From assembly GCA_008369845.1 (NCBI GenBank), contig MRSU01001653.1, positions 1 to 46,591 on the forward strand: a DNA stretch of 46,591 nucleotides. Direction: 5' to 3'. This document shows positions 26,287 through 36,734 of the stretch, in pieces. The DNA comes from Trichomonas gallinae (lineage: Eukaryota). The translations under genes and the position numbers were made by a program. Each line of letters opens with the position of its first letter. Within the stretch, counting starts at the first letter, position 1. Below the pieces are notes generated by a model. That model searched no databases. It saw only the letters and a program-made list of their open reading frames with translations, and was not told the DNA's origin.

Positions 26287-28074
26287 ATGGAAACTGTTGC
26301 TCCCAATGTATATGTCTATCGCTATAACTGCTCAAATCCTTCAAATTGCCTCCCTTTTGAGTTCATTGCTAATCCAGGTCGATATTTCCTCGAGTGTTGG
26401 GGTGCACAAGGCGGCAATGTTACATCGTATTCTTTTGAAGGAGGAAAAGGTGGCTATGCTAGTGGCTACCTCACCCTCACTGAACAGAAGAAGTTGTACA
26501 TTTTCCCTGGAGAAAAAGGAAGTGAAGAACATAGGATGACATACGGACAAGGAGGATTTGGACGCAATGCAGCAAGATTCACATCTGGCGGCGGCATGAG
26601 CATGATTTCGCTTGATTATGCAACGAATGAGAGCGGAATTTTGTTTGCTGGTGGTGGTGGTGGGTCGCTCTATTCCTCTGACTATGGTGGCCTGCATGCA
26701 GGTGGCTATGGTGGAGGAGAAAAAGGTGGCGATGGAGAATTTGATTCAAGATATCCAGACAATCGTGCTTTTGGAGCGACCCAATCATCAGGAGGAACAA
26801 CAGGATCTTCAGGAAATAATGGCGGGAAATATTATGGTGGGAGCAATAAGTTGGATATAAGTTCAACTGCTAGCGCATCTGGGGGTGGAGGAGGGTATTA
26901 TGGGGGTGCATCTGGTTCGGCATCTGGTGCTGCAGGCTCAGGTGGAAGCTCATTCATTGATAGCAGACTCGCTGATCCTCAGAACATTCCAGGCAATAAA
27001 CCGATGCCCTCTCAATACTCTCTCACGATCAAAGATACAGGCAACAGAGGCCATGGTGCTGTACGCATCACAGTCCTAGGCTACGTCCTCTTCCTTCGTA
27101 ACCCACCTCAAGACAGATACAATTCGGGAGCAACAATTTCCATCGACTTATCATTGAGCACTCTTGGTGTTGGTGAACGTGCCAACATTTCTCGCCGCTT
27201 TGGATCTATGCCATTTACTTTTATTCTCTCCCATGAGGATGATGGAACAGTCTACGAGTTCAGTGACACGTTTAGAGTTCCAAGTATTCCTATGATCCTT
27301 CTTATCACATACACTGTCACCAACAAACTTGGCACGTCATCAGAATTTACCTTCAATATAACTGTCAACAAACCACCTAAAATACAACCACTCGGCGAGA
27401 TGAAAGACAGCTACAACGCAAAAGAACAATCATATATTGATGTCGCACTCATTGACGACTCTTTTTCGATATTAATAATGCGCGATGAAAATGAAGAATA
27501 TTTTAGCCAAAAAATTTATTGCAAGAATAACGCAACAAACACAACCAGAGTGTTTTTCACAATTCCAAACTATGAAGTTGGATCGAAACACAACGTTTCC
27601 ATTTTTGCGATTGATGAATTCAAAGCTCCATCAAATATATTATCATTCAGCTACGAAGTTATTAAAAACAAAACTCCGGATATTATATTGATAGGTAACA
27701 TTTCATACCTCTACCCAACAAACTCATTTATTAATATTAACGCATCTATCAGAGACTTTGACCCAAATTCACGTGTTTGCCTTTCTACGACAATCGACAA
27801 CTCTATGTTTTCATTACACGAATGCAAAAACTTGACAGATAACAAATGGAGCACTTTTCTTGGCCGGGTCTACCTTTCAGGCACATCTTATGATATTCAC
27901 ACACTTCGAATATACGCAATTGACGATCAAAGCGGTGAGTCCAACAAAATTCTTCGACAATTTTCTTACTTTAATCCACAAATATGTCATAGATATGTTA
28001 GTGCACTTGCTGTTAATAGATTTGAACGATGCATAAACTGGCTCCTTCTAATATACATAGTTATGACTTGTTGA
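26287..28074 (+). CDS. Glycine-rich (ALK/LTK-like Gly-rich domain) protein with C-terminal Ig/Bap-like beta repeats and hydrophobic C-terminus
   Basis: YFLECWGAQGG, GGKGGYASG, ILFAGGGGG, GGGGGYYGG and GHGAVRIT, then repeated beta-sandwich-like units ending IFAIDE / IYAIDD. Confidence 0.8.
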   Translation: METVAPNVYVYRYNCSNPSNCLPFEFIANPGRYFLECWGAQGGNVTSYSFEGGKGGYASGYLTLTEQKKLYIFPGEKGSEEHRMTYGQGGFGRNAARFTSGGGMSMISLDYATNESGILFAGGGGGSLYSSDYGGLHAGGYGGGEKGGDGEFDSRYPDNRAFGATQSSGGTTGSSGNNGGKYYGGSNKLDISSTASASGGGGGYYGGASGSASGAAGSGGSSFIDSRLADPQNIPGNKPMPSQYSLTIKDTGNRGHGAVRITVLGYVLFLRNPPQDRYNSGATISIDLSLSTLGVGERANISRRFGSMPFTFILSHEDDGTVYEFSDTFRVPSIPMILLITYTVTNKLGTSSEFTFNITVNKPPKIQPLGEMKDSYNAKEQSYIDVALIDDSFSILIMRDENEEYFSQKIYCKNNATNTTRVFFTIPNYEVGSKHNVSIFAIDEFKAPSNILSFSYEVIKNKTPDIILIGNISYLYPTNSFININASIRDFDPNSRVCLSTTIDNSMFSLHECKNLTDNKWSTFLGRVYLSGTSYDIHTLRIYAIDDQSGESNKILRQFSYFNPQICHRYVSALAVNRFERCINWLLLIYIVMTC

Positions 28075-28407
28075 GATAGATAAAATATATTAATAAAAAA
28101 GGAATTTGGGCTACTAATTTACTATAAAATGGTTTCACTTTTTACTATATAACTTATAGACAATTATGCGAAATAAAATTGCAAATTCGAAATATTATCG
28201 ATAACATCGTGACAATATTAATGATTTATAATAATTATATGATAAAGAAGTTATATAATGAGATTCATGTCATAAATATCAATATTTATTGAAAAATTTT
28301 TGGAAATCAAATTCAATTAAAAGTGACAAATTAAATTTCAATTTTTCCAAAATAACTCGATATTATTACTCATCATGTTTAGAAAACGCTATTTTGCTTG
28401 ACCATTT

Positions 28408-28412
28408 TCATT
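28408..28412 (+). promoter_or_regulatory. Inr element TCATT upstream of SDR
   Basis: TCATTTTTGTTGATG, with the ATG at 28420. Confidence 0.7.
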
Positions 28413-28419
28413 TTTGTTG

Positions 28420-29325
28420 ATGATTTCAGGCTTTTTCTTCTTCATTGGAGTTCTTTCATTGATACACTCCATTTCCATTGCCATCAGGTTCATCAGGGGC
28501 TACTTTGGAAAGACACCTGATATTGCAAAGAAGTACAACACTAAATGGATTCTTGTTACTGGTGCATCAAGCGGTGTAGGCAAATTTTTAGCGATAAAGC
28601 TCTCAAAACAAGGCTTCAACATCATCGGTGCTGGCAGAAATGTCGAAAGACTCGCTGATGTTGCTAAAAGCTGCAGACAAAACGGAGTTGAATTTCGTGA
28701 AGTTATTGCAGACTTCGCAAAACCAGATTCAGTTGATATAATCATGAAATCTATCGCTGATATTGATGTTGGCGTGTTCCTTTTGGCTGCTGGATTACCT
28801 ATGACTCGCAATTTCTTCGATTATTCAGAAGATGAACTCGTATGGTTCATGAATACAATGGTTATCAATCAGGCAGAGCTCTACGCAGAAATTATCAAGA
28901 AGAACAAAGATCGTGATTATGAAACGTTAATTAACGTTATTTCTTCTCTTGCTGCTCATATTACATTCCCAACAGGTCAGATGTATTGCGCTGTTAAAGC
29001 ATTTACAACATCTTGCTTACATCATTTATCAAATGAAATTCATCATTATTCGAAGATCAAAGTTCAAATCATTCAACCAGGACCAATCAAAGCCTCCAAT
29101 TTCTACAGCTATTTGCCTAAATACGTTTCAGTTTTCATCAATGTTTTCAGCTTCATGATTATTTCATCTGAAGGCATTGCAGACTTGATGATTAAGACTC
29201 TTGGACAATCAATCATCTCTGATATTACATTCATTTCGGCAAACTTATATTTCTTGAATTTTATTTTAGGAAAATGGTTTGTCAACAAGGTTATGTACCT
29301 GCTTATCCCAAGAAATGCAAAATAA
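28420..29325 (+). CDS. Short-chain dehydrogenase/reductase (17beta-HSD/3-ketoacyl-CoA reductase-like), N-terminal membrane anchor
   Basis: TGASSGVG Rossmann motif, NVISS, YCAVK (YxxxK). The track start 28414 is TTG; the ATG is at 28420. Stop TAAA. Confidence 0.9.
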   Translation: MISGFFFFIGVLSLIHSISIAIRFIRGYFGKTPDIAKKYNTKWILVTGASSGVGKFLAIKLSKQGFNIIGAGRNVERLADVAKSCRQNGVEFREVIADFAKPDSVDIIMKSIADIDVGVFLLAAGLPMTRNFFDYSEDELVWFMNTMVINQAELYAEIIKKNKDRDYETLINVISSLAAHITFPTGQMYCAVKAFTTSCLHHLSNEIHHYSKIKVQIIQPGPIKASNFYSYLPKYVSVFINVFSFMIISSEGIADLMIKTLGQSIISDITFISANLYFLNFILGKWFVNKVMYLLIPRNAK

Positions 29326-29515
29326 ACCAAATTAAAATCTTTATATTTTGAGTTTTATTAATTTTGATTTTATCTTTTTGCATTGGAATCATTTAAAGTA
29401 TAAAATATTAATGCTTATGTAAATTTTTGTGAATAAGTAGATATAATTTCCAAAAAGAAAAACTTTATTAAAAGTTGGTGTAAATTTTGACTAATTACAA
29501 ACAAATAAAACAATG

Positions 29516-31471
29516 TTAAAGAAGGCTAATAATCTCCTGATTCTTTGTCTGGACCGCGAGATCCTTTGCTGTGTGGCCTTCGCTATCAACAATTGTTAAA
29601 TCTATGTCTTCTCTTGCAAGCAAAGCTTTGACAACTTCAACGCGCTCATTCTCTATAGCGTTGAATATTGGTGTCCTCTTCATCAAATTCAGTGCGTTAA
29701 TGTTGACTGATTTGTATTTCAATAATTCAACAACAAATTCGTAAGCGCCGGTATTAGCAGCGACATGCAGTGGTGTCCACATGATTGAATCAACAATGTT
29801 TAGATTGATTCCTTCACGATTTGCAAACAACGAAATTAAATCTGCAAAATTATTCGATGCAGCGATATGCAATGGTGTATACGACGAGTCATCAGGCATC
29901 TGTGGGTCTACTTCAGGATCATTCAACAATGTCTCGACGCAGCTCTTGTGGTGGAGCAAAACTGCGTAATGAAGTCCTGTTCTTGATTTCTTGTCGACAT
30001 CATTCTTCTGTATTCCTGGGAATTGCAACAAAAGCTGTAGTGCTTCGTTGTGGCCATCGCGCGCTGCTCTTATCAGTGCATTTCTGTTCGAGTTGTTGCA
30101 GATATTGACATCAATTGTTGGATGAGATAATAAAAGCTTGAGAACGCGTGTGTGGCCGTGAATCGCACATCTGTGGAGCGCTGTCCATCCTTTTTCGTCT
30201 TGGTTGTTGATCAAAACGTCGCCTCTCTGTAATAAAACATGAGCAATTTCTGTATTTCCGATTTCTGCAGCGTACATCAACGGTGTCCAGCCCATTGAGT
30301 CTACCACACCTGGAATAGCGCCTTGTGTAAGCAAAAAATCTAAAACGCGGACGTTATCAGAAATTGATGCAGCACAAAGCATAGGAATTGCTTCTTTTAT
30401 GAATTCCTCCTTAGTTAGGTTGTTGAAGTAGAGAGTAAAGAACCAGTAGAAAATATCGAAATGATGATATTGAATCGCGACAGAAATCAAATGTTTCGGC
30501 GGCTGGTTATTAGAGTAAATATTGAGGATATTTCTGATTATTTCCAAGTTGCCACCAGCAATGGCATATGTAAGAACATCCCAGCCGTTGTCTGACTTGA
30601 GTTTCAAATCTGCGCCGTTCATTACCATGAATTTGAAGCATTTGATGCATCCATAGTACGCGGCAATTGATATTAATGGTGGATGGGTGTTTAATTCATC
30701 GACAGATTCTAAAATTGTTGGGTTAATTCTAAAGTTTGGATCAAATTTTCCTGTTTCAGCAATTTCTTGGAGGCATTGGAGATTGTCTCTGTGAAGGGCC
30801 ATAATAATGGAGCCATTCTGGAAAGGATCCATCTTGAAAAAGTTAAAGTTTTGCTGACGAATAATTAAAAACTCACGATAGAACTGGCTTTCACCTGTAG
30901 AAGAATTCGTGCATAGCGGATCGTTTGTAATTTTGTTTTCGAGCTTTTCGTATTCTTGCGGAAGCCGATCTTTCAATAAATGTCCAAATATAGACAAAAA
31001 GCAGATAATAAATAATGTATTCATGCTTTCTCCGCTATACCAGTTCCTGGATTTCTTGTAAGTTGTAAAGAAAAGATCGTCAAGCATCGATAATAATATT
31101 TCTAAGGAAATAATGTCTTGTTCGACAACCTCGCGCAAGAAAAGGTAAGACGAGATGAAGGACTTCTGAAAATTGTATCGCTGAAGTACTTCTTTCGATA
31201 ATAAGAAAATAAAAATTTGCGGAATATTCTTCATTTTCTCATTTTTCTCCGCTTCTTTGTGGAGGAGTCCTATAATGCGGACGGATGGAATGGGAAATCG
31301 CCTTCTATACTTGTACGATAATAATAGATTATGCAATATTATGTGCTGCCCTTCTTCAGTTAGTATGAAAGGTGATGCCATTATTTTCGCAAAGACATCC
31401 TTGTGGTTATCCATCGTCAATCCAAGCAGTGTCTGCTGGAGTTCGGAAATCAAATCACATGAAAAGTCCAT
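29516..31471 (-). CDS. Ankyrin repeat protein (trichomonad expanded family, DUF3447-like N-terminal part)
   Basis: Many GWTPLMYAA / GWTALHRCA / YTPLHIAA repeats. AAYYGCIKCFKF and YAIAGGNLEII motifs. Inr TCATT at 31475-31479. Confidence 0.92.
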   Translation of the reverse strand: MDFSCDLISELQQTLLGLTMDNHKDVFAKIMASPFILTEEGQHIILHNLLLSYKYRRRFPIPSVRIIGLLHKEAEKNEKMKNIPQIFIFLLSKEVLQRYNFQKSFISSYLFLREVVEQDIISLEILLSMLDDLFFTTYKKSRNWYSGESMNTLFIICFLSIFGHLLKDRLPQEYEKLENKITNDPLCTNSSTGESQFYREFLIIRQQNFNFFKMDPFQNGSIIMALHRDNLQCLQEIAETGKFDPNFRINPTILESVDELNTHPPLISIAAYYGCIKCFKFMVMNGADLKLKSDNGWDVLTYAIAGGNLEIIRNILNIYSNNQPPKHLISVAIQYHHFDIFYWFFTLYFNNLTKEEFIKEAIPMLCAASISDNVRVLDFLLTQGAIPGVVDSMGWTPLMYAAEIGNTEIAHVLLQRGDVLINNQDEKGWTALHRCAIHGHTRVLKLLLSHPTIDVNICNNSNRNALIRAARDGHNEALQLLLQFPGIQKNDVDKKSRTGLHYAVLLHHKSCVETLLNDPEVDPQMPDDSSYTPLHIAASNNFADLISLFANREGINLNIVDSIMWTPLHVAANTGAYEFVVELLKYKSVNINALNLMKRTPIFNAIENERVEVVKALLAREDIDLTIVDSEGHTAKDLAVQTKNQEIISLL

Positions 31472-32348
31472 AAAAATGAAAAAAATAAAAATTTGACTTT
31501 CTTTAGCGTATCAACCATGTATTGCCTTAAAGCCAATTTTTTCATCTCGATTCGGAAGAAATCTCTTTATTTTAGGCAAAAATTTGAAAAACTGATTTTT
31601 TTGATTTCTTATCAAAATTGTAAAGACACCTCCCCATTTTTAAAATATTTTGTTTATCATAAAATTATCTTTCTAAATAACAGCCAAAAATTTAAACGGG
31701 GTGCGTAAATTTAAGAATTTTTTTGAATGATAAGAAAAATTGAAATCAAAAGTGACAATACTAAGAAGAGGTTAAAATTCAAGGCTAGTTCGCTGATTTA
31801 ATCATCATTATGTCGCTGACTGTCAGCACAATGATTTGGATGTGAAGCGCACAGTTAGATTAAACTTTTTGTAAATTGATCTTAACGATTTTTCAGTAGA
31901 TGGGCAAAACCATTATGCGCAAGTTATAAAGTACGCTATTATCAGATCATATTTTCAGTCACCGCATTCTATTGCTCTTATTTTTTATTCCTTCAAATAA
32001 TATCAAGGTTATATTTAATAAGTTTGAAGTATTAAATTCTCTATATGATAAGGATATTGATTATATGCCGTTGTCATCCAAAATTCATCAAGGCAATATG
32101 AAATAACTAAAATTGTCATATATTACTAAGAAATGTTGGATTTATTCTAACACAAATGTGTATATCATATTACAAAGCATAAAAGAGACAAAATTACAAT
32201 TGAAAAATATTATCAATAAAATACAAATATGTTTTATTAAAAAAAGAAAGGTACATCTAATTGGACGAGATTGATGCAACTATCTAGTTGAATGGCATCA
32301 ATGATCATGTATTAAAATGATTTTCGAAGTGAAAGTGTAAAATTACAT

Positions 32349-32356
32349 TATAAATA
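32349..32356 (+). promoter_or_regulatory. Upstream TATA-like element of the tRNA gene
   Basis: TATAAATA at about -31 to -24 relative to tRNA nt 1. The AT-rich context lowers its significance. Confidence 0.4.
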
Positions 32357-32379
32357 ATTAAACCATTTTCCTGATGTAA

Positions 32380-32452
32380 AGCCATGTGGCAAAATGGATA
32401 CTGCGTCTCCCTTCTAAGGAGAAGACTGTGGGTTCGAGTCCCACCATGGCTG
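32380..32452 (+). tRNA. tRNA-Arg (anticodon TCT), intronless
   Basis: 73-nt cloverleaf: acceptor AGCCATG/CATGGCT, D arm GCA..TGG..TGC, anticodon stem TCTCC/GGAGA with loop CTTCTAA (TCT 32413-32415), T arm GTGGG-TTCGAGT-CCCAC, discriminator G. Confidence 0.96.
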
Positions 32453-33112
32453 CTTTTTTCTTTATTATATTTTTTAAAAAGTGACATTAATGATACAGTA
32501 ATTTATATTCGGCTTGATGCTCCTTATTCAGGACCATCATCAGCCGGCATTTTGCAAAAGATGTCATTCAACTCAGTACCCACAATATACCAAATCGTCA
32601 ATGCAACACTTTCGACGATCAAGGACACAAAACAAGAATTTAATCCATATATGGCCTTTTTTAATAATGGGTCCAACTGCCATTCTGATGCTACAACGCC
32701 TTATAATTATTTAGAATTAATTTTTACAAATTATATAATTCAACCTACCCACATCGTTGCTAAATCTTTCGACATCAATTACCCTATTTCTTTTAATATC
32801 TCAGGAATAGATTCTACTGGGAAAATAACATTATTTGAAGATAGAACAAATTCTCAAATTTTCAAAAATGCAAATCTTGCTATTTTTCCGATAGCACAGC
32901 AAAAAAATTATACATCAATAAAATTTCAACTCACTGACAAAAGAATTTATGGCGGACAAAGCACTCGCGATTGGGTTTTAGAGTTTTTCCGCTTTGATAT
33001 ATTTGGAACTCTTTATGAAAGCAATTTAATAAAGAATTGTTTGTCTACATCTATTGCTTCATGCAGACCACAAAATGCGATTCTTGCTCTTGCGGTTTCC
33101 GTATTCTTTTAA
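32450..33112 (+). CDS. Small beta-sandwich (discoidin/galactose-binding-like) protein with hydrophobic C-terminus; start codon unresolved
   Basis: ORF open 32384-33112. Motifs YLELIFTNYIIQPTH..., SIKFQLT and FFRFDIFGTL resemble F5/8-like trichomonad proteins. A paralogous fragment lies at 33950-34217. Stop TAAA. In-frame ATGs near the 5' end are only 32384 (inside the tRNA) and 32561. Confidence 0.6.
   Translation: MLFSLLYFLKSDINDTVIYIRLDAPYSGPSSAGILQKMSFNSVPTIYQIVNATLSTIKDTKQEFNPYMAFFNNGSNCHSDATTPYNYLELIFTNYIIQPTHIVAKSFDINYPISFNISGIDSTGKITLFEDRTNSQIFKNANLAIFPIAQQKNYTSIKFQLTDKRIYGGQSTRDWVLEFFRFDIFGTLYESNLIKNCLSTSIASCRPQNAILALAVSVFF
32454..32459 (+). terminator. Pol III oligo-T terminator
   Basis: T6 run 1 nt after the tRNA discriminator. 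Confidence 0.75.
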
Positions 33113-33949
33113 ATCCGAGAAATCATTTTCATCCATTTTGTAATATTATAATAATCTTGATGAAACCATGCATTTTTAATCATCAGTATTGCATGAGTCA
33201 ACTATAAATTTAATTCAAATTTAATCATAGTCGATGTAATTTTTTCATTCCAATTATTTTTGATCTTCTTATCATATAAATATAATTAATAAACATGCAT
33301 AGAGTGATTTGTTTTGAAATTATTATATTTGTGATTGAAAAAAATCGAGAAAAATTGCGAAAATATGAGAAATACATCATATCAATGTAAATATTCAAGT
33401 ATTCAATGATTCAACCAGTATAATTGACTTATGAGATTTTTGATGGAAATTTCCATAATTGGGTAGATAACTCAATTGTCGCAGAAATATATTATGATAA
33501 CTAGTGCTTATTCTAATGCTTAAATTATATCATTAATCCAACATGTCATGTGCGGAGATGCACCACATAAGACAATCACTTATAATAACACAGGCATAGA
33601 CCAGATCCTCTCCTTTTCCAATTTTGGTTCAAATTTTTCATTTGCAATATTCTCAATTATATATAATTCAGCGACACAAAATATCGCCAAAAATCAAAAA
33701 AATCAAAATTGGTAAAGGAGAGTAATACAATTTCCAATTTAAACAAATGCATAAGATACACGAAAGCAGTGAAATTATTTCATCAAAGGAAATCGGATTA
33801 ACAGATAATGGAGCTCTTCGCTTTGAAAATTATTTCGAAAATGTACATTTGATCTTGTTCTAACAATCAAGTTGGATCTTTATACCAAATGCGTTAAATG
33901 CAGTAGTTTCGCGTAGCTGTATCACTTATTCCAGAGTCCAAGGAGTCAA

Positions 33950-34217
33950 ATTGTAATTCACATTCAAACATACTATTCAGAAGGAAGATTACGAAGCAAT
34001 TAATTACAATCTCGAATGCACCACAATATATGATGTTGTCAATGCAACAATTTCTACTGTTCGCTTAAAGAATAATTTTAATTTTGGATCATATAATCCA
34101 TTGTTTAATAATGGACTAGCTTGTCATATTGATTACATCACGCCATATTACAATTTAGAATTGAAATTGAATAATTACAATATTCAGTCTACGCATATAA
34201 TGTCAAACTCATATTGA
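33950..34217 (+). pseudogene. Truncated, frameshifted paralog of the 32450-33112 gene
   Basis: From 34020 it reads TTIYDVVNATISTVR...LFNNGLACHIDYITPYYNLELKLNNYNIQSTHIMSNSY*, versus PTIYQIVNATLSTIK...FFNNGSNCHSDATTPYNYLELIFTNYIIQPTHIVAKSF. The upstream IVIHIQTYYSEG (33950, different frame) matches TVIYIRLDAPYSG. Confidence 0.8.
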
Positions 34218-34499
34218 TTCATATCAACCAACTCAGTTTGAGTTGACTTATAATCCATTTATATCAATATTTTATCCTATTTTTATTGTCATTGATTATT
34301 AAAAATATGTTGTCATTCGAAATAATGATCATACTGCTTTCATATTTGCATCATTGTAATAGATTCATATTTTTCCCAACTACTTGCCTAAAGCCATGTT
34401 TGGTATCTAAAAAATCGCAAATATTGAAAATTTTCGCTTTATTCTTACTTTGGAAAAGAATATGATAAATAAGAATATATAAGATACAATGACGTGACT

Positions 34500-36734
34500 T
34501 TAAACGATAAAAGTCTGATAAAGTTCACCTTCAAGATCTCCACTAGATGAATCTTCGACATTATCTCTATGGCGTTTAATTAATACTATGGAGACAACAA
34601 CTGCTATAATGATTACAACAACACAACCAACTATGATGAAGAATATTGTCATTGACAAACCAGTCTTCAAGAAATTCTTCTTATCAAAAAGACTGCTCGA
34701 TCCCTTAGAACCATCTTCTCCACTGGATGTAGATGTAACTGTTGTTGTTATTTCGCTACTTATAACATCAACATTCGATTGCGATGAAGGGTTATTTGAT
34801 GATGAAATTGACTGTGTAGCTGATGATTTAGAAGATGTCGCAGGTGAATGTATTGTTGGTGATCTGGAAGGGGATTGCGTTTGAGACCTAGTAGGAGATC
34901 TAGATGGAGATTTTGTTGGTAATCGAGATGGAGACTGTGATGGGGACCTTGAAGGTGACTGTGATGGAGATCTTGAGGGTGATTGAGATGGAGATCTAGA
35001 TGGTGACTGTGTTGGTGATCTAGATGGTGATTGTGATGGGGACCTTGAAGGCGACTGTGTTGGTGATCTAGATGGAGATTGTGTAGGAGATCTAGATGGT
35101 GTTGGTTTTGGTGTTTCAAGAACTTTTGTGGAGAGATCGAAAGGATCTGATGTGAAGTATGCATCGTGAAGTTTAACTGATCTGCAGAATCTTTCTGGAT
35201 CTGGGCACCAGACTGTTCTAGAATAAAATGAACCATCAGGAAGTTGATAGTTCAATTGAGTTTTTTGACCGACATTCTGCTTTGTGCATGTAAATTGCTG
35301 ATACGAACTGTCGTAGGATGTCTTATATAGTTTAAACGTGAAGTTGTCATAGCCATTGCAAACATATTCGCCACACTTTTGCACTGATGTTGTTGACGGA
35401 ATCATTGCTTGACCTGATGGACATACTGTTGATGGGAATTTGAAGGGCATGAAGTCATACACCCAGTTTGAACCAATTTTTGAGTAACCGTTTGGATTGT
35501 AGAACTTCTTTCCATCGCAATAAGCCTTGATATTTGAATGTTGAAGATTTGATACACAGTCCAAAGCGTTATTTTCTGAATTATAACCAAAGAACTTGTA
35601 ATCAAAACCAGTGTACTCAGATGTTGAGCCATAATCAACGATGTATCCGTCTGGAAAAACTTTTTGAGGAGATCCAATTCCAAAGTTCGTGATATAGTTG
35701 CCATCAATAGATTCAGGATGTCCCCAAACCATTGGCTGTGCCATAGACCAGGTACATTTGTAGTTTCCTGTATCCTGCAAAATCGCCAATGATGCATCAG
35801 TTAAGCGATTGAATGGGCCACCTGATGTTTGGATTGTTGTACCTGTCATAAGTTCGGTCATGAATACTCTGCCTTCCAAATGGCTACCTTGGGTTCCAGA
35901 TGATCCTCCATCTTCAATTTCGATGCCTGCTGGGCAACTGCCTGTGTCACCTGTAAATTTAGTTACTCTATAATGCTTTTGTGCATAGATTTGAGCATAA
36001 GGAGTAATTAAAAATGTAAAATTCTTTCCATCTTTAAGAAAACTGCATGTTATGTTTTTATGTGGAGTTGCTACTTCATAAGGATGATAAAAGCTGTATC
36101 TTGAATCTGTTATACCCAAAGCATGGAAAATTTCATGAATGCAAACATAAAAGAATTCGTTATCCCATGAGTTTTCGCTTTGTGCAACAGTTGGAACAGC
36201 ACGTGGATTAAGGAAAACAGCGCCTTGAATAGGTCTTTTATATGTGCTTTCGAAAGATGAAGCGCCAGCTGAGGCTAAAGTAGAATCACCGGGATATCTT
36301 GGTCTTGAAAGGATAGTCATGTATAAATCATAGCCAGATATTGTATCATAAGTTCCATATTTTGTATACGTTGCAAAGTCTACGACCTTAAAGCTTGTTG
36401 TCATCGGAATTACTTTTAGAAGTCTTGTTAAATATGATTTGACATTATCGAAAGTGGCTTTAGTAGCAGTAATTTGAGATTGATTTAAAATATCGCTAGA
36501 ATTGCAAGTATATGTTGCATCCCATGTTACCTTTTGATTCACTTCTGTACACATCTGCGAATCTGCCCTTGTTCCATCGAGATATCGATAATCAAAATAA
36601 ATTCTAATGTTATTCCATGTTGCAGCCCTTAACGATCTTCTTGGACCAACATGTTGCTCAATAGGCTTTATTTTCGAAATCTCTTTATTATATCCGCAAA
36701 AATGTCCACGGTGAAGAAGAATCCAAGAAATCAT
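34500..36734 (-). CDS. GP63-like / leishmanolysin (M8) surface metalloprotease with S/P/T stalk and TM helix
   Basis: HEIFH zinc motif, EIEDGG..GT.GSHLE third His, ELMTG Met-turn, DTGNY. Likely start ATG 36734 (MISWILLH) with Inr TCATT at 36743-36747. C-terminal TM, YQTF tail, stop TAAA. Confidence 0.95.
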   Translation of the reverse strand: MISWILLHRGHFCGYNKEISKIKPIEQHVGPRRSLRAATWNNIRIYFDYRYLDGTRADSQMCTEVNQKVTWDATYTCNSSDILNQSQITATKATFDNVKSYLTRLLKVIPMTTSFKVVDFATYTKYGTYDTISGYDLYMTILSRPRYPGDSTLASAGASSFESTYKRPIQGAVFLNPRAVPTVAQSENSWDNEFFYVCIHEIFHALGITDSRYSFYHPYEVATPHKNITCSFLKDGKNFTFLITPYAQIYAQKHYRVTKFTGDTGSCPAGIEIEDGGSSGTQGSHLEGRVFMTELMTGTTIQTSGGPFNRLTDASLAILQDTGNYKCTWSMAQPMVWGHPESIDGNYITNFGIGSPQKVFPDGYIVDYGSTSEYTGFDYKFFGYNSENNALDCVSNLQHSNIKAYCDGKKFYNPNGYSKIGSNWVYDFMPFKFPSTVCPSGQAMIPSTTSVQKCGEYVCNGYDNFTFKLYKTSYDSSYQQFTCTKQNVGQKTQLNYQLPDGSFYSRTVWCPDPERFCRSVKLHDAYFTSDPFDLSTKVLETPKPTPSRSPTQSPSRSPTQSPSRSPSQSPSRSPTQSPSRSPSQSPSRSPSQSPSRSPSQSPSRLPTKSPSRSPTRSQTQSPSRSPTIHSPATSSKSSATQSISSSNNPSSQSNVDVISSEITTTVTSTSSGEDGSKGSSSLFDKKNFLKTGLSMTIFFIIVGCVVVIIIAVVVSIVLIKRHRDNVEDSSSGDLEGELYQTFIV
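34858..35100 (-). repeat. 24-bp coding tandem repeat PSRSP(T/S)QS (~10 units), mucin-like stalk
   Basis: Visible in the translation and in the DNA (gatctagatgg repeats). Confidence 0.9.

Noticed and set aside
33540..33940. Coding-like stretch possibly from a decayed beta-helix surface gene
   Set aside because: Multiple stops and no alignment I can support by eye.
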